Positions 41,414-54,011 are shown, counted from the stretch's first letter. The stretch: DNA of 64,000 nucleotides from Cyanobacteria bacterium P01_D01_bin.156 (GCA_039024555.1 JBCCQQ010000027.1:12038-76037); one strand, 5' to 3'. Program-made: numbers and translations. Notes: generated by a model from the letters alone, not told the origin.

Positions 41414-41747
41414 GGTCAACCTCAAACAAAAAGTATTTATGCAAGAAAATTTCTTAGTGGTTATAAAACCAACTAGGGGCCTATTGACGTTGTCTATGCC
41501 TCAAGCTTTTTGTATTTCAAACAAAGCTCTTTGAGAGGCTAACCGAAGTTGCTCTAAGGATAGCCAACTAACCTTCCCGAAAGTATTTTACACGGACGAG
41601 TCCCCGCTGAAGGTTGAAAATTCTGAAATCTGCTGATTGATTAATACTCTGCAGCTATCCTGCTTATGTGGCTCCCCAGGCGGTGAATTCGTGAAATTGG
41701 GCTACACTATCTGCATTATCGGGTTTTTCTACTAAATTAGTCGCTCA

Positions 41748-42086
41748 ATGGAACCCTACTCCTCAGATACTTCTGGTCCGGAAATTAGTGATATAGAGGC
41801 AATTCGAGAAGCCGTTCAACAAGCCGCTCGAAGAAGAGAAAAGGATTGTATTGAGCTCTTGGACCTATTAAGACAATTAGAAGAGCTACACCGGGATATT
41901 CGTGAGACTTTTTTCCAGGAGTCGTTACCGACAAATCGTCAGCGGTTATACAATTTGCTACGCGATATCGAGGTGAGTGGTGGATGGCCTTACATCCAGA
42001 GAATGAAGTTGCAGAAACTTCTGGCGGCCTCAGACTATTCAATCTTGTCTGACTCGTCACCGGCTCAGGAGTCGTCTGAAAGTTAA
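41748..42086 (+). CDS. Hypothetical helical protein
   Basis: 112-aa ORF; LPTNRQRLYNLLRDIEVSGGWPYI. Confidence 0.7.
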   Translation: MEPYSSDTSGPEISDIEAIREAVQQAARRREKDCIELLDLLRQLEELHRDIRETFFQESLPTNRQRLYNLLRDIEVSGGWPYIQRMKLQKLLAASDYSILSDSSPAQESSES

Positions 42087-42160
42087 ATGGTGAGGTTCTA
42101 TCTGAATTAAAGCAGGGCCTGTTGGGTAACTTCTTGAGTTAGATTTTTGTTTTATTTTTT

Positions 42161-43669
42161 ATGGTCATGCTTGGTTGGCAGCATATGGACAGACGTGGCG
42201 TACGCTGTGGACTATTGGCATTGGTAACGGGTTTACTAGTTCAATGTCCGACCGCTGGTCTAGCGCAAACTGCACACCTCAATCGATACTGTCAATTTCC
42301 TCAAACTGAGGTCGATGATAAGGAGGCGTTACGGCAACAGACTGCTAATCGAGATGCTACTGCGATCGCACAGTATAACGACTTACTCAAACGCCATAGT
42401 GAGCGTTTAAAATCTTGCCGTCAGCAGCAGTGGCCCCGTCAGCAGGCAACTTGGCTGAGACTTTATCCCTGCGATCTCCGACCAGGGCTGCTCGATGCTT
42501 TGATGGATCGAGTGGTCAACTTGGGCTACACCGATGTTTATGTGGAAGTTTTTTACAACGGCCAGGTACTTTTGCCAAAGCAGGAAAATCGCACCATCTG
42601 GCCGAGTGTGGTGCAGCAACAGGGCTATGAAAATCGAGATTTATTAGCAGAAGCGATCGCAGCAGGTCACAAACGAGGCCTGAATGTACATGCCTGGATG
42701 TTTACCATGAATTTTGGGTATTCCTATGGGCAAAGAAGCGATCGCCAGCACGTACTGGCCCGCAATGGCCAAGGAGAAACCACATCTGCCTTTGCCAGCC
42801 GAGGCGCTAGCAATAACCCCGAAGAAATTTTTATTGACCCTTACAACTACCAAGCACGTAACGACTATCTACAAATGCTCCAGCAGGTGCTGCGGCGAAA
42901 TCCAGATGGAGTGCTATTTGACTACATTCGATATCCCCGTGGGACAGGTAGCAATTCAGTCGTAGGCCAGGTGGGCGACCTTTGGATTTACAGCACAGCC
43001 GCCAAGAACTCATTGATACAGAGGGCCTTAAACAATAAAGGGCGGACACTGATTCAGCAGTTTCTAGAACGAGGTTATTTAACGGAGTCGGATTTAGAGC
43101 GCGTTGATCAGCAGTTCCCTAATGAAGCTGAACCCCTTTGGCAAAGTCGGCGTCCCTCGGGTAACACCAGCGATGTATCTGCAGCCGCCCGTCGCCCTGG
43201 GTTACAGCTGGAACTATGGAGATTGAGCGTTGCCCATGCCGTTCAAGGGGTCGTTGACTTTTTGACAACAGTCTCTCAACCAGCACAACAACAAAATATT
43301 CCAACAAGTGCTGTCTTTTTTCCAACAGCCAACCAGCCTGTTGGAACCCAGGGTTACGATTCTCGACTCCAGCATTGGAACCGGTTTCCTAAAGCGATGA
43401 GCTGGCACCCCATGGCTTACAGCATCTGTGGAAATACTCGATGCATTGTGCAAGACATACAGTTGGTATTGCGTCAGAACAACGCTAGTAACGTCAAGCC
43501 AGCCTTAGCAGGGGTATGGGGCAAAGCCATCAATAATCGCCCCTCTTTAGAAGCTCAAATGGACGCCATACAGAAGGTGGCACCAAACATTCCTTCCGTC
43601 AGTCATTTTGCCTATTCTTGGCAAGATCCTGAATTTGATCGAGTACGAAAGTTTTGTGCACTGCCCTAA
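42161..43669 (+). CDS. Glycoside hydrolase-like (GHL10) family secreted protein
   Basis: Signal peptide; YVEVFYNG, GHKRGLNVHAWM, DGVLFDYIRYP. Confidence 0.75.
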   Translation: MVMLGWQHMDRRGVRCGLLALVTGLLVQCPTAGLAQTAHLNRYCQFPQTEVDDKEALRQQTANRDATAIAQYNDLLKRHSERLKSCRQQQWPRQQATWLRLYPCDLRPGLLDALMDRVVNLGYTDVYVEVFYNGQVLLPKQENRTIWPSVVQQQGYENRDLLAEAIAAGHKRGLNVHAWMFTMNFGYSYGQRSDRQHVLARNGQGETTSAFASRGASNNPEEIFIDPYNYQARNDYLQMLQQVLRRNPDGVLFDYIRYPRGTGSNSVVGQVGDLWIYSTAAKNSLIQRALNNKGRTLIQQFLERGYLTESDLERVDQQFPNEAEPLWQSRRPSGNTSDVSAAARRPGLQLELWRLSVAHAVQGVVDFLTTVSQPAQQQNIPTSAVFFPTANQPVGTQGYDSRLQHWNRFPKAMSWHPMAYSICGNTRCIVQDIQLVLRQNNASNVKPALAGVWGKAINNRPSLEAQMDAIQKVAPNIPSVSHFAYSWQDPEFDRVRKFCALP

Positions 43670-43798
43670 AAAATGAGACCACATTCAGATTCGTAATCTC
43701 GATCAAATGTATTGCTAAAAAAATACATCCACTACCCTTTTCAAGAACAGTGGATGCATCTAAAAGCTCAAACAGGCTTTAGCCAGTTAAGTAATAGG

Positions 43799-46700
43799 CT
43801 ATTCAACTCCTTCAATACGGTTCTCTACTTCTTCGTAGAGTTCCTGGAGTTTCTCGATGTTTTCATCACTCGTTTCCCAATAGCCACGGCCATTGACTTC
43901 TAGCAATGTAGTCACCATGCGGCGGAAGGAGTTGGGATTGAGGTCCATCAGACGCTTACACATCTCTTCATCCTGAATAAATGTGGTGTTAGTGTCTTCA
44001 TAAACCCAGTTATCCACAGCATCCGCAGTGGCTGACCACCCCATTGTGTTTACCAAACGGTTAGACAGCTCACGCACACCTTCATAACCGTTAGCCAGCA
44101 TCCCTTCATACCACTTGGGATTCAGGAGCTTGGTGCGGGAGTCGAGACGAACCGTCTCAGACAGCGTGCGCACCTGGGCATTTGCCGTTGTGGTGTCGGC
44201 CACAAAGGATGTGGGCTTCTTACCATCATCTCGCAGCTGACCAATCACCTTAGTGGGGTCAGAGTCAAAGTAGTGGGATACGTCAGTTAGAGAAATCTCA
44301 GATGAATCCAGGTTCTGGAAAGTGACATCAGCAGTTTTTAGAGATGCCTCAAACAGGTCGCGAGAGTTATCCATCACGCCAGGGTTATCAGAATTAAAGG
44401 CGAAGGACTTACGCTTCAAGTACATTTCCTGAAGTTCAGACTCCTCTTCCCAACTGCTGTTTTCTACTGCCAAGTTCACGTTGGCCGCATAGGAACCAGA
44501 GGCATTGGAAAAGATGCGTGTAGCTGCTTCCCGCAGGGATAGCCCCATTTCATCTGCCTGTTTTAAGGCATGCTTACGAACAAAGTTCATCTCCAAGGGC
44601 TCATCGGCCTCAGCTGCCATTTTCACAGCGCGGTCCAACAAAGCCATCTGGTTAACAAACAGATCGCGGAACACACCAGAGCAGTTAATGACTACGTCAA
44701 TGCGGGGACGCCCCAACTCATTTAGAGGAACAATCTCCAGCTTATTCACACGCCCTAGAGCATCAGGAACAGGTTTAACACCTACAAACCAGAGCATCTG
44801 AGCTAAGGATTCGCCATAGGTCTTGATGTTGTCAGTTCCCCAGAGGACAGAAGCAATTGTCTCGGGATACTTACCACCATTTTCCTTACGCTGACGCTCT
44901 AGCAAACGATCTACCACTACCTTGGCAGACTGCACCGCCGCAGTTGTAGGAATAGACTGAGGATCTAAAGCATGGAGGTTTTTACCCGTGGGTAATACAT
45001 CCGGGTTTCGAATGGGGTCACCGCCAGGCCCAGGCAAGATATACTCACCATCTAGCGCCCTCAGCAGGGAAGACAACTCGTTATCAGCAACTACCTGCTT
45101 CAAGCAGAACTGCAAATATTCAAACAATGGCTTGAGGTCTTCTTCATTGACGTTTTTGTAGCCATGCTCATGGAGCGCCTCAACCCAGGGGTCTTTACGT
45201 TTGCCAAAGTTGAAGAATTTAAGCATGGTTTTGAGGGAAACTCGGCCCTCATCATCCACCTGTTCATTCACGATGGCACCTACAGCAGCCCGAGTTGCCT
45301 CATTGATGTCATATAGCAGCTGAACATCATCCAAAATGCCCAGGTCGCTATTTCTATAGATGGCATCAATGTTTCGCTCAATACTCTCTGCGATAATGCG
45401 CTGCAGACTCTTAAAGCCTTCTTCCTCACGGTCAAGGCCTGCAATATTAACCAGGGTAGCTACGGCTTCCTCAGCCGTCGGGGGCTTACCGATAACGTGC
45501 AAGCCACAGGGCAACAGGCGAGATTCGATTTCCATCAGCTTGATGTAAATCTTACCCACCAGGGTATCTCGCTCCTCTTTACTGAGTTCGCTGGCATCAT
45601 CCACATCAGGCAGAGTGACATCGCGCTCTAAGTTGACCTGACGAGCCTGCTCAATAATGGCGTTAACGATAGAAACCGCACGGCCACCTTCCTTGAGGCC
45701 TTGATAAGAAGCAATCAGCTCACTGAGCTCCTTAAGCCCCTTATACAAACCAGCATTTTCAGCAGGAGGCGTCAGATAGCTGATGGTTTCCGCATAACCA
45801 CGGCGCTTAGCAATAGTGGCTTCGGAAGGGTTATTAGCAGCGTAGTAGTAGAGATTGGGAGTGCTACCAATCAAGTTATCCGGATAGCATTGACCCGACA
45901 TTCCCATCTGCTTCCCAGGCATGAACTCCAAAGAGCCATGGGTACCAAAGTGAAGTACCGCATCTGCCTTCCAAATCTTTTCGATGAAGGTGTAGTAAGC
46001 GGCAAAACCATGGTGGGGGCTAGCAGAGCGGGAGAAAAGCAACCGCATCGGATCGCCCTCGTACCCAAATGTGGGCTGAACACCAATGAACAAATTGCCA
46101 AAGGTCTTACCGTAAACCAGTAGATTCTGGCCATCGGTATTGAGGTTTCCTGGCGGTGGTCCCCAGTTCTCTTCTAACCGCTCTGAGTAGGGTGTGAGCT
46201 TTTCATACTCACCCACCGACATGCGATAAGCAACGTTAAGCTCAGGGCTGTTGTACTGAGCCTGGGCATCATTGATAACCTCTAGCATCAGCGCTTCCGC
46301 TGACTCAGGCATATTTTCAATGGTGTAGCCCTGCTCTTGCATCTCAATCATGGCTTCATAGATAGAGCCAAATACGTTGAGATAAGCAGCGGTACCCACA
46401 TTGCCCTTATCGGGTGGGAAGCTAAAGACGGTAATAGCCAGCTTCTTATTAGCACGCTCAACACGGCGCAGGTTAGCCCACTTAAGAGCACGCTGGGAAA
46501 TGATTTCCACACGGTCTTGTAAAGTAATCGCCCGACCGGTCATACCGTCACGACCAGAGACCACAATGGGGTCAATGGCACCGTCTAGCTCGGGAATAGC
46601 CATTTGCAAGGCTACTTGAATAGGATGCAGACCTAGGTCGCTATCTTCCCACTCTTCAGTAGTTTGAAATACTAGGGGTAGAGCCACCATGTAAGGACGA

Positions 46701-47794
46701 TTCAGCTTTTGAAGAGACTCAATTGCCTTGGGATGGTCTTGACGAGCAGGACCTCCTACCAGAGCAAACCCCGTTAAGGAAACTACAGAGTCAACCAAAG
46801 GCTCTTGGCTAACAGGCTCATAGAAAAACTGCTCTACAGGCTTCGAGAAGTCAAGACCACCAGCAAACACAGGAATAACCCGAGCTCCCATGTACTCCAG
46901 CTCTTGAACCATGGAGACATAGTGGGCTTCATCACCGGTCACCAAGTGGGTGCGCTGCAATACTAGACCAACGCAGGGGGCCTGCTCCTTTTTGTGAGAA
47001 GCAGGTAAATCCTGCCGAGAGCTATACCAGTTGAGGTACTCTTTAACGTCCTCATACATGCAAGGCGCAAGGGGATGCCAAATACCTGTGTCGGGATAGG
47101 TAACAGGCTCCTCGTACTCCATATTCTTTGGAGCACCTTCGATTTCTTTGTCGCCAAACATGTAGCGATCAGCCAGCATCAGCATGAAGTTCTCCAAATT
47201 TTCAGGAGACCCTCCAAGCCAGTACTGAAAGCTAAGCATAAAGTTGCGAGCATCTTGGGCCTTATCAACCGGCAAATACTTAAGCACCTTAGGCAAGGTA
47301 CGCAACAACTTCAGCATGGCGTCCTCAAAGCTGCCCCCTTGCTTTTGGCGACGCTTCTTCATAAACTCGCCAATGGCGCTCTTGGACTGCCCTAGCTGAG
47401 CCATGGAAAAGCTACCCATCTTGTTCAGACGCATTACCTGAGGCATAGATGGGAAGACAACAGCTACGTCGAGGCTGTCACGATGGGGAGTGACGGCTGC
47501 TACGACCTTTTCAGCGAGTTCTTCAATAAAAATTAGAGATGCGACAAAAACGTTTGCTTCGGAAACGTCTTTTTTAAATGCTTCGTAGTTACCACCATCT
47601 CGCAGCTCCTCAATGAGATAGCCGCTAACTTCTACTGCAATGTGAGGATTATTAGCATTAATGGACTTAACAGCTGCGGATAAAGCGCTTTGATACTGTG
47701 GCTCAAGTACGACGTACACCACTTTCATCAAAGACCGTTCGCCAAGGTTCTCGGGTGAGATATGTCTCACAGTGGGCTTGACGTTCGTGAACAT
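43799..47794 (-). CDS. chlH: Magnesium chelatase subunit H
   Basis: [51 protein letters not shown] 47794. Confidence 0.98.
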   Translation of the reverse strand: MFTNVKPTVRHISPENLGERSLMKVVYVVLEPQYQSALSAAVKSINANNPHIAVEVSGYLIEELRDGGNYEAFKKDVSEANVFVASLIFIEELAEKVVAAVTPHRDSLDVAVVFPSMPQVMRLNKMGSFSMAQLGQSKSAIGEFMKKRRQKQGGSFEDAMLKLLRTLPKVLKYLPVDKAQDARNFMLSFQYWLGGSPENLENFMLMLADRYMFGDKEIEGAPKNMEYEEPVTYPDTGIWHPLAPCMYEDVKEYLNWYSSRQDLPASHKKEQAPCVGLVLQRTHLVTGDEAHYVSMVQELEYMGARVIPVFAGGLDFSKPVEQFFYEPVSQEPLVDSVVSLTGFALVGGPARQDHPKAIESLQKLNRPYMVALPLVFQTTEEWEDSDLGLHPIQVALQMAIPELDGAIDPIVVSGRDGMTGRAITLQDRVEIISQRALKWANLRRVERANKKLAITVFSFPPDKGNVGTAAYLNVFGSIYEAMIEMQEQGYTIENMPESAEALMLEVINDAQAQYNSPELNVAYRMSVGEYEKLTPYSERLEENWGPPPGNLNTDGQNLLVYGKTFGNLFIGVQPTFGYEGDPMRLLFSRSASPHHGFAAYYTFIEKIWKADAVLHFGTHGSLEFMPGKQMGMSGQCYPDNLIGSTPNLYYYAANNPSEATIAKRRGYAETISYLTPPAENAGLYKGLKELSELIASYQGLKEGGRAVSIVNAIIEQARQVNLERDVTLPDVDDASELSKEERDTLVGKIYIKLMEIESRLLPCGLHVIGKPPTAEEAVATLVNIAGLDREEEGFKSLQRIIAESIERNIDAIYRNSDLGILDDVQLLYDINEATRAAVGAIVNEQVDDEGRVSLKTMLKFFNFGKRKDPWVEALHEHGYKNVNEEDLKPLFEYLQFCLKQVVADNELSSLLRALDGEYILPGPGGDPIRNPDVLPTGKNLHALDPQSIPTTAAVQSAKVVVDRLLERQRKENGGKYPETIASVLWGTDNIKTYGESLAQMLWFVGVKPVPDALGRVNKLEIVPLNELGRPRIDVVINCSGVFRDLFVNQMALLDRAVKMAAEADEPLEMNFVRKHALKQADEMGLSLREAATRIFSNASGSYAANVNLAVENSSWEEESELQEMYLKRKSFAFNSDNPGVMDNSRDLFEASLKTADVTFQNLDSSEISLTDVSHYFDSDPTKVIGQLRDDGKKPTSFVADTTTANAQVRTLSETVRLDSRTKLLNPKWYEGMLANGYEGVRELSNRLVNTMGWSATADAVDNWVYEDTNTTFIQDEEMCKRLMDLNPNSFRRMVTTLLEVNGRGYWETSDENIEKLQELYEEVENRIEGVE

Positions 47795-48148
47795 GCAGTT
47801 TGACTCCTTCCTCTGTGTTTTCAACCTTATCCACGCCTAGAAAAGTCGCTTAACTATTAAGCACAACTAAAGCTCTGGACGTGGTTTGTCTCTTCCAATG
47901 GGTGGTGATGACTGCCGCCTAGCATGTTAAACCCGGTTGGGTATTGCCATCGGTCGGACTCATTAAGCGATCGCATGGACCCAGTAGCCACAAAACATTT
48001 ACAAAAACGCTTTACAAACGTGAAGTGATTACTGTAATGAGAAACATTCCATAACATCTGTATAGGTCTTTAAACCTATTGTGTTTGTATCAGAAAATCC
48101 CTACAGACTAGGGATACAGCCACAGATGCGATACAAAATGACATATTG

Positions 48149-48190
48149 ACTCTCGCTTTATGTAACAGATCTGTTACATAAAGCGAGAGT
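48149..48190. repeat. Perfect 42-bp palindrome
   Basis: ACTCTCGCTTTATGTAACAGA|TCTGTTACATAAAGCGAGAGT. Confidence 0.95.
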
Positions 48191-48362
48191 GTTACTAATT
48201 CTTATACTTCAAATAAAGTAAAAAGATAATGGTTGACAAATTCGACCCTGCACCGGTTGCTCATTTTTTAGTCTTGATGCTTGGAACATTCGTTACTTTG
48301 CTGGAGTAACAATCTTCAATAGGATCTAAAGAGATTGTTTCTAAGTGTGGTCGGGAAAAGCT

Positions 48363-49280
48363 ATGCGAATTTTGGTGATGGGTGGCACACGCTTTATCGG
48401 TGTGTATCTTACCCGCCTGCTATTGGATGCAGGCCATGCGGTGACGTTATTAAACCGGGGTAACAAACCAGCTCCTGAGGGAGTAGATGTGGTGAAGTGC
48501 GATCGCAAAGACCCTGCTGCCCTAAAAACAGCCCTGGCTGGAAAACAATTCGACGCCATCTACGACAACAACGGTCGCGAACTGAGCGACACTGAACCCT
48601 TAGTTGAGCTTTTTGGAAAAACCGTTGGGCAGTTTATCTACATCAGCTCGGCAGGCGTTTACCTCAAAAGTGACCAAATGCCCCATATCGAGGGGGACCC
48701 CGTCGACCCCAAAAGTCGCCACAAAGGTAAACACCACACCGAAGATTACCTGGCCGAGCAAGGGGTGCCGTTCACATCGATTCGCCCCGTGTATATCTAT
48801 GGCCCTCAAAACTACAACCCACTCGAAAAGTGGTTTTTTGACCGCCTCAGCCATGATCGTGCCCTACCTATCCCCGGCAACGGTAAAGCAATCACCCAGC
48901 TAGGGCACTGTGCTGACCTGGCGCAAGCGATGGTTGCGGTACTTGGCAATACCAAAGCCATCGGACAGATTTACAACATTTCAGGGGAGCGTTACGTCAC
49001 CTTTGATGGATTAGCCCAGGCCTGTGCTGAAGCCATGGGTAAACCTACACCAGAAATCATCCATTACGACCCCGCTCAATTTGACTTTGGTAAGCGCAAA
49101 GCCTTTCCGATGCGGGTACAGCACTTTTTTACATCCATCACTAAAGCCCAATCAGAACTCGATTGGACACCACATTACAGTCTAGTAGAAGGGCTAAAAG
49201 ACTCCTATAACCAGGATTACTGCAAATTAGAGCAAGCAGTAGATTTTGAATTAGACGAGCAAATTTTGTCTGCTGTGTAG
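48363..49280 (+). CDS. NAD-dependent epimerase/dehydratase family (CSP41-like)
   Basis: MRILVMGGTRFIG, DNNGR, SSAGVY, RPVYIYGP, KAFPMR. Confidence 0.88.
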   Translation: MRILVMGGTRFIGVYLTRLLLDAGHAVTLLNRGNKPAPEGVDVVKCDRKDPAALKTALAGKQFDAIYDNNGRELSDTEPLVELFGKTVGQFIYISSAGVYLKSDQMPHIEGDPVDPKSRHKGKHHTEDYLAEQGVPFTSIRPVYIYGPQNYNPLEKWFFDRLSHDRALPIPGNGKAITQLGHCADLAQAMVAVLGNTKAIGQIYNISGERYVTFDGLAQACAEAMGKPTPEIIHYDPAQFDFGKRKAFPMRVQHFFTSITKAQSELDWTPHYSLVEGLKDSYNQDYCKLEQAVDFELDEQILSAV

Positions 49281-49318
49281 CCTTAGAGCCGCTAACCCCC
49301 ACCCAAACCGAAATCCAG

Positions 49319-49334
49319 GTTCGGTAACCCCCCC
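49319..49334 (+). promoter_or_regulatory. K-box-like element upstream of dnaK
   Basis: GTTCGG-TAAC-CCCCCC vs cyanobacterial K-box GTTCGG-NNAN-CCNNAC (one mismatch). Confidence 0.55.
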
Positions 49335-49432
49335 TTCAGGGATTGGCTCTGGATTAGCACTATAGTAATGAGCTTTTAAGAAACCGTTTTCAAGGTTCGT
49401 TTAGAAGCAGCTATTCAGCCGGAGCAACTGAT

Positions 49433-51340
49433 ATGGGAAAAGTAGTTGGAATTGACTTAGGAACTACAAACTCTGTAGTCGCCGTTATGGAAGGTGGTAA
49501 GCCCACCGTAATTGCTAATGCAGAAGGTTTTCGTACCACACCATCCGTAGTCGCCTATGCCAAGAGTGGCGATCGTCTGGTCGGCCAAATCGCTAAGCGT
49601 CAGGCCGTGATGAACCCTACCAATACGTTTTACTCAGTAAAGCGTTTCATCGGTCGTCGCAATGACGAGGTAGGCAACGAGTCCTCAGAGGTTCCCTATA
49701 ACGTTCTCAACGTGAACGGTAACGTCAAAATTGAGTGTACTAATGCCGACAAGCAGTTTGCTCCTGAGGAAATTTCTGCCCAGGTACTGCGTAAACTAGC
49801 CGACGATGCCAGTAAGTATCTGGGCGACCAGGTCACCCAGGCGGTCATTACTGTTCCAGCCTATTTTAACGACTCCCAGCGTCAGGCGACTAAGGATGCT
49901 GGCAAGATTGCGGGCCTCGAAGTTCTGCGGATTATCAACGAGCCCACCGCTGCCGCTTTAGCCTACGGTCTTGATAAAAAGAGCAACGAAACTATCTTAG
50001 TATTCGACTTAGGTGGTGGCACCTTTGACGTTTCCATTCTGGAAGTGGGCGATGGTGTATTTGAGGTACTCTCCACATCCGGTGACACTCACTTGGGTGG
50101 TGACGACTTCGACAAGAAGATTGTGGATCATCTGGCTGAGCAGTTCATGTCCCAAGAGGGCATTGACCTCCGCAAGGATAAGCAGGCTCTGCAGCGTTTA
50201 ACTGAAGCTGCTGAAAAAGCAAAAATTGAGCTTTCCAGCGTTACCCAAGCGGAAATTAACCTGCCCTTTATTACAGCAACCCAGGACGGTCCTAAGCACC
50301 TGGATTTGACCCTCACACGAGCTAAGTTCGAAGAGCTCTGCTCTGACCTAATCGATCGTTGCGGCATCCCTGTAGAAAATGCCATCCGCGATGCCAAGCT
50401 AGCCAAGGGAGACATCAATGAAATCGTGCTAGTGGGTGGTTCCACTCGTATTCCTGCAGTTCAAGAACTGGTTACTAAAATTCTTGGCAAAGAGCCTAAC
50501 CAGAGTGTAAACCCCGACGAAGTTGTGGCCATTGGTGCCGCAATTCAGGGTGGTGTCCTAGCGGGTGAAGTGAAGGACATTCTGCTGCTTGATGTGACTC
50601 CCCTATCCTTGGGTGTGGAGACGTTGGGTGGCGTAATGACTAAGCTAATCCCCAGAAACACCACAATTCCTACTAAGAAGTCTGAGGTGTTCTCCACTGC
50701 TGTCGACGGTCAGACCAACGTGGAAATTCACGTTCTCCAAGGTGAGCGTGAAATGGCTAACGACAATAAAGACCTGGGCGTATTCCGCTTAGATGGCATT
50801 CCTCCTGCTCCCCGTGGTGTACCTCAAATTGAAGTGACATTCGATATCGATGCTAACGGTATTTTGAATGTAACTGCTAAAGATAAGGGCACTGGCAAAG
50901 AGCAGTCCATCAGCATCACGGGTGCATCCACTCTATCGGATGACGAAGTAGATCGGATGGTGCGCGATGCGGAAGCTAACTCCGCTGCCGACAAGGAACG
51001 TCGCGAGAAGATCGATGTTAAGAACCAGGCAGACTCCTTGGTTTACCAGGCTGAGAAGCAAATGGGTGAACTGGCGGACAAGATCTCTGATGAGGATAAG
51101 TCCAAAGTGGAGACTGAAATTGCCAGTCTGAAAGAAGCGATCGCATCCGACGATGCTGACAAGATAAAGGCAGGTACCGAATCTCTGCAACAGGCGCTGT
51201 TTGCTTTGAGCAGCAACATGTATGGCGGAGCAGATGCTGCCGCTGCCGCTGCAGATGCTGCCGGTGGTGCAGCCCCTGATAGCAGCGAGGGCGGTGATGA
51301 TGACGTTATCGACGCTGAGTTCTCTGAAGAAGACAAATAA
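49433..51340 (+). CDS. dnaK: Chaperone DnaK (DnaK2-type)
   Basis: [26 protein letters not shown]-terminal [10 protein letters not shown]. Confidence 0.99.
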   Translation: MGKVVGIDLGTTNSVVAVMEGGKPTVIANAEGFRTTPSVVAYAKSGDRLVGQIAKRQAVMNPTNTFYSVKRFIGRRNDEVGNESSEVPYNVLNVNGNVKIECTNADKQFAPEEISAQVLRKLADDASKYLGDQVTQAVITVPAYFNDSQRQATKDAGKIAGLEVLRIINEPTAAALAYGLDKKSNETILVFDLGGGTFDVSILEVGDGVFEVLSTSGDTHLGGDDFDKKIVDHLAEQFMSQEGIDLRKDKQALQRLTEAAEKAKIELSSVTQAEINLPFITATQDGPKHLDLTLTRAKFEELCSDLIDRCGIPVENAIRDAKLAKGDINEIVLVGGSTRIPAVQELVTKILGKEPNQSVNPDEVVAIGAAIQGGVLAGEVKDILLLDVTPLSLGVETLGGVMTKLIPRNTTIPTKKSEVFSTAVDGQTNVEIHVLQGEREMANDNKDLGVFRLDGIPPAPRGVPQIEVTFDIDANGILNVTAKDKGTGKEQSISITGASTLSDDEVDRMVRDAEANSAADKERREKIDVKNQADSLVYQAEKQMGELADKISDEDKSKVETEIASLKEAIASDDADKIKAGTESLQQALFALSSNMYGGADAAAAAADAAGGAAPDSSEGGDDDVIDAEFSEEDK

Positions 51341-51420
51341 CTTCAACCAATCACGGCGGCGCTCTCATCTGAAAAGTACCGCCGTGACATAGCCGACAAA
51401 CTTGCTCCGGCTAGCAAGGG

Positions 51421-51450
51421 GGTGGATGGTTTAACCATTCACCTTTTTTT
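51421..51450 (+). terminator. Intrinsic terminator after dnaK
   Basis: GGTGGATGGTT / AACCATTCACC stem followed by T7. Confidence 0.8.
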
Positions 51451-51616
51451 GCGTCAGTAACATCCCCTAACTCAGATGACTAATTGTTCGTACTCATCAT
51501 GAAACGTACAAATCATTGATGCTGAGTCAAAGTACACAACTGTAAGCAGCGCTTTTCTATATTTGAGAAACGAATTACCCTCAGGCTCCGGTCAAATAGG
51601 GGCAAGTAAAGGTAGC

Positions 51617-51787
51617 CTACTTAAGGCCAATGAGCGAAACCAGGCTTTGGCCAGTGAAATATTCAAGGGCGATTAAAATCAAAAAACCCACCATAGCAGC
51701 TCGACCATTGAGCTGCTCAGCATATTCGTTGAACCCTTTTTTAGGGCGTTCAAGGTTAGGACTAACGGAAGGCTTAATATCAGGCAC
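51617..51787 (-). CDS. hli: High-light-inducible protein (Hli/SCP)
   Basis: GFNEYAEQLNGRAAMVGF chlorophyll-binding helix; GTG 51787 gives 56 aa. Confidence 0.9.
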   Translation of the reverse strand: MPDIKPSVSPNLERPKKGFNEYAEQLNGRAAMVGFLILIALEYFTGQSLVSLIGLK

Positions 51788-51980
51788 GGTATTTGACGTC
51801 GGGTTATACCCATCTATTCTCGCTATCAAAGGGAAAATTCGTCAATGAATTTGAATAGTCTAAAATTCTCATTTTTGATGATTCTCGCAATGGTTAGCAG
51901 CGCTAAGCTGTAGGCAACGGCAGTTTTGCAGTAACAAATATATTGCTACTCAAAGCTTTAAACACATGGTGGAGGTGCTT

Positions 51981-53057
51981 GTGCAGATTGGTGTACCCAA
52001 AGAGATTAAAAATCTTGAGTTTCGTGTGGGGCTAAGTCCCAGCAGCGTTCGAGCACTCACCGAACAAGGACATCAGGTTATGGTGGAAACCGATGCAGGC
52101 CTAGGTGCGGGTTTTAGTAACACTGACTATCAACAGGCTGGAGCTACCCTTGTGTCTGCATCCGAGGCATGGCAGCAAGGCATGGTAGTCAAGGTCAAAG
52201 AACCTTTGCCCCAAGAATATGATTACCTGCAAAAAGAACAACTGCTGTTTACCTACCTGCATCTAGCCGCTAGTCGGCAGTTAACTGAAGCACTGATGCA
52301 AAGTGGGACCACAGCTATCGCATATGAAACAGTCGAGAAAAACCACCAGCGACCTCTGCTCACTCCCATGAGTATCATTGCTGGGCGGCTGTCGGTACAG
52401 TTTGGAGCCAGGTTTCTTGAAAAACAGCAGGGGGGACGCGGCGTTTTACTAGGGGGCATTCCCGGTGTTAGTCCAGGACGAGTGGTAGTACTAGGTGGCG
52501 GCATCGTTGGCACTGAAGCGACCAAAATGGCAGTAGGTTTGGGGGCTCAGGTCACACTCATCGACATTAATCTGGACCGATTAAATCAGTTAGAAGAGCT
52601 GTTTGGCTCTCGGGTAGAACTTTTGTATAGCAATTCTGCCAATATTGAAAAAGCCATTACCCAGGCAGATTTAGTGGTGGGTGCGGTACTGGTGCCAGGG
52701 CGTCGACCACCAACGCTGGTGTCGCGATCGCTCGTCGAAAAAATGCCTGAAGGTGCCGTTATTGTGGATGTTGCCGTTGACCAAGGGGGCTGTATCGAAA
52801 CCGTACACCCTACTTCCCATAGTGAGCCCGTCTACAGGGAGGCTGGAGTACTGCATTACGGTGTCCCCAACATGCCAGGGGCTGTCCCTCGAACAGCGAC
52901 CGAAGCCCTGAATAATAGCACGTTGCCCTATGCGCTGAAACTCGCCAACTTAGGCATCAAAGCACTGGATAACGATCCCGCCCTGGCTGAAGGACTTAAT
53001 GTCATCAATCACCAGCTGGTACACCCAGCGGTCAAAGCCACTTTTCCAGATCTGTAA
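51981..53057 (+). CDS. ald: Alanine dehydrogenase
   Basis: IGVPKEIK..EFRV, KVKEP, FTYLHLA, DVAVDQGG, VPNMPGAVPRT; GTG start after GGAGG. Confidence 0.96.
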   Translation: MQIGVPKEIKNLEFRVGLSPSSVRALTEQGHQVMVETDAGLGAGFSNTDYQQAGATLVSASEAWQQGMVVKVKEPLPQEYDYLQKEQLLFTYLHLAASRQLTEALMQSGTTAIAYETVEKNHQRPLLTPMSIIAGRLSVQFGARFLEKQQGGRGVLLGGIPGVSPGRVVVLGGGIVGTEATKMAVGLGAQVTLIDINLDRLNQLEELFGSRVELLYSNSANIEKAITQADLVVGAVLVPGRRPPTLVSRSLVEKMPEGAVIVDVAVDQGGCIETVHPTSHSEPVYREAGVLHYGVPNMPGAVPRTATEALNNSTLPYALKLANLGIKALDNDPALAEGLNVINHQLVHPAVKATFPDL

Positions 53058-53079
53058 TGGGGTGAAGTCTGAACTTAAC

Positions 53080-53133
53080 TTCAGAATTGGGAAGTCGGAA
53101 TTCTGTTCCTTTTTCTGACTTCCCAATTCTGAA
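53080..53133. terminator. Long hairpin between convergent genes
   Basis: TTCAGAATTGGGAAGTC / GACTTCCCAATTCTGAA. Confidence 0.75.
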
Positions 53134-53141
53134 TTCGTTAT

Positions 53142-53834
53142 CTAGTGCTGTAAATTCAACATCGCCTGACGGGTTTGCATCGCTAACCAGCCCATTTGTT
53201 CATGTTTGTCTAAATGTTTAACCGGGTCTAGAAAAATAGGTTTACCTAGCCTGACATCAGCGGATTGATAACGAACAATCGAGGTCACCTGATTTAGATC
53301 GTAGTGCTGTTCTAGATAGTGACGTACGTTAGCAGGTATGGTGATTGGCTTTAACGTCTCGGATTTTGGGACAATAACCACTGGAATCACGGGTACCTGA
53401 GCCATATACGCCAAATGGGAAAACCCAGACTGTAACTGGGCTAGGGGAGCACTAAAATCGTTGGCAAAAATATAGTTTTCACCCTCGGGGAAAATTCCTA
53501 GCAGTCTCCCTTGCTGCAGTTGCGTCAGAGCCTTTTTAATCGAAGATGGGGTTAGTCGTCCCTCAGTATTAACAGGCACCATGCCCGTCCACCTCAGTAA
53601 CTGACTGGTCATCGGAATCGAGGTCATATAGTCTGCCACCATCCAGGCAACATAGCGGGGCAGTGCTAGGGTCATCACTAAACCATCAGTATCAGAACGG
53701 TGGTTGCAAACAACAATCGCCGGACCTTGCTGAGGTAAATGATTGATACCATGGGTTGCAATCTCCACATTCCTCAAGAGAAAAGGTCGCAATAACCATC
53801 GCAACCCATGGTAAGTGGCTATTTGAACATCCAT
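53142..53834 (-). CDS. Lysophospholipid acyltransferase (PlsC-like)
   Basis: CNHRSDTD and IFPEG motifs. Confidence 0.88.
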   Translation of the reverse strand: MDVQIATYHGLRWLLRPFLLRNVEIATHGINHLPQQGPAIVVCNHRSDTDGLVMTLALPRYVAWMVADYMTSIPMTSQLLRWTGMVPVNTEGRLTPSSIKKALTQLQQGRLLGIFPEGENYIFANDFSAPLAQLQSGFSHLAYMAQVPVIPVVIVPKSETLKPITIPANVRHYLEQHYDLNQVTSIVRYQSADVRLGKPIFLDPVKHLDKHEQMGWLAMQTRQAMLNLQH

Positions 53835-54011
53835 ACCATCATCAGTAACAATGAGAATGTGCTTGACTCGGCCGTTGCTGCTCCATAGCCAGCGAGCGCT
53901 CTATCAATGATTGAATAGGGGCGACTTGCTCAGGTAGCTCATGCTGCCGTTCAGCAATACCAACTTCGTATAGGCTAACCCCTACAGGGGAAAACCCTCC
54001 ACTCAAACTCC

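Noticed and set aside
48162..48177. NtcA box inside the chlH-upstream palindrome
   Set aside because: Spacing is GTA-N10-TAC, not the canonical GTA-N8-TAC.
49354..49380. Possible CIRCE element upstream of dnaK (TTAGCACTA...)
   Set aside because: Only the left arm resembles TTAGCACTC; there is no GAGTGCTAA right arm at 9-nt spacing.
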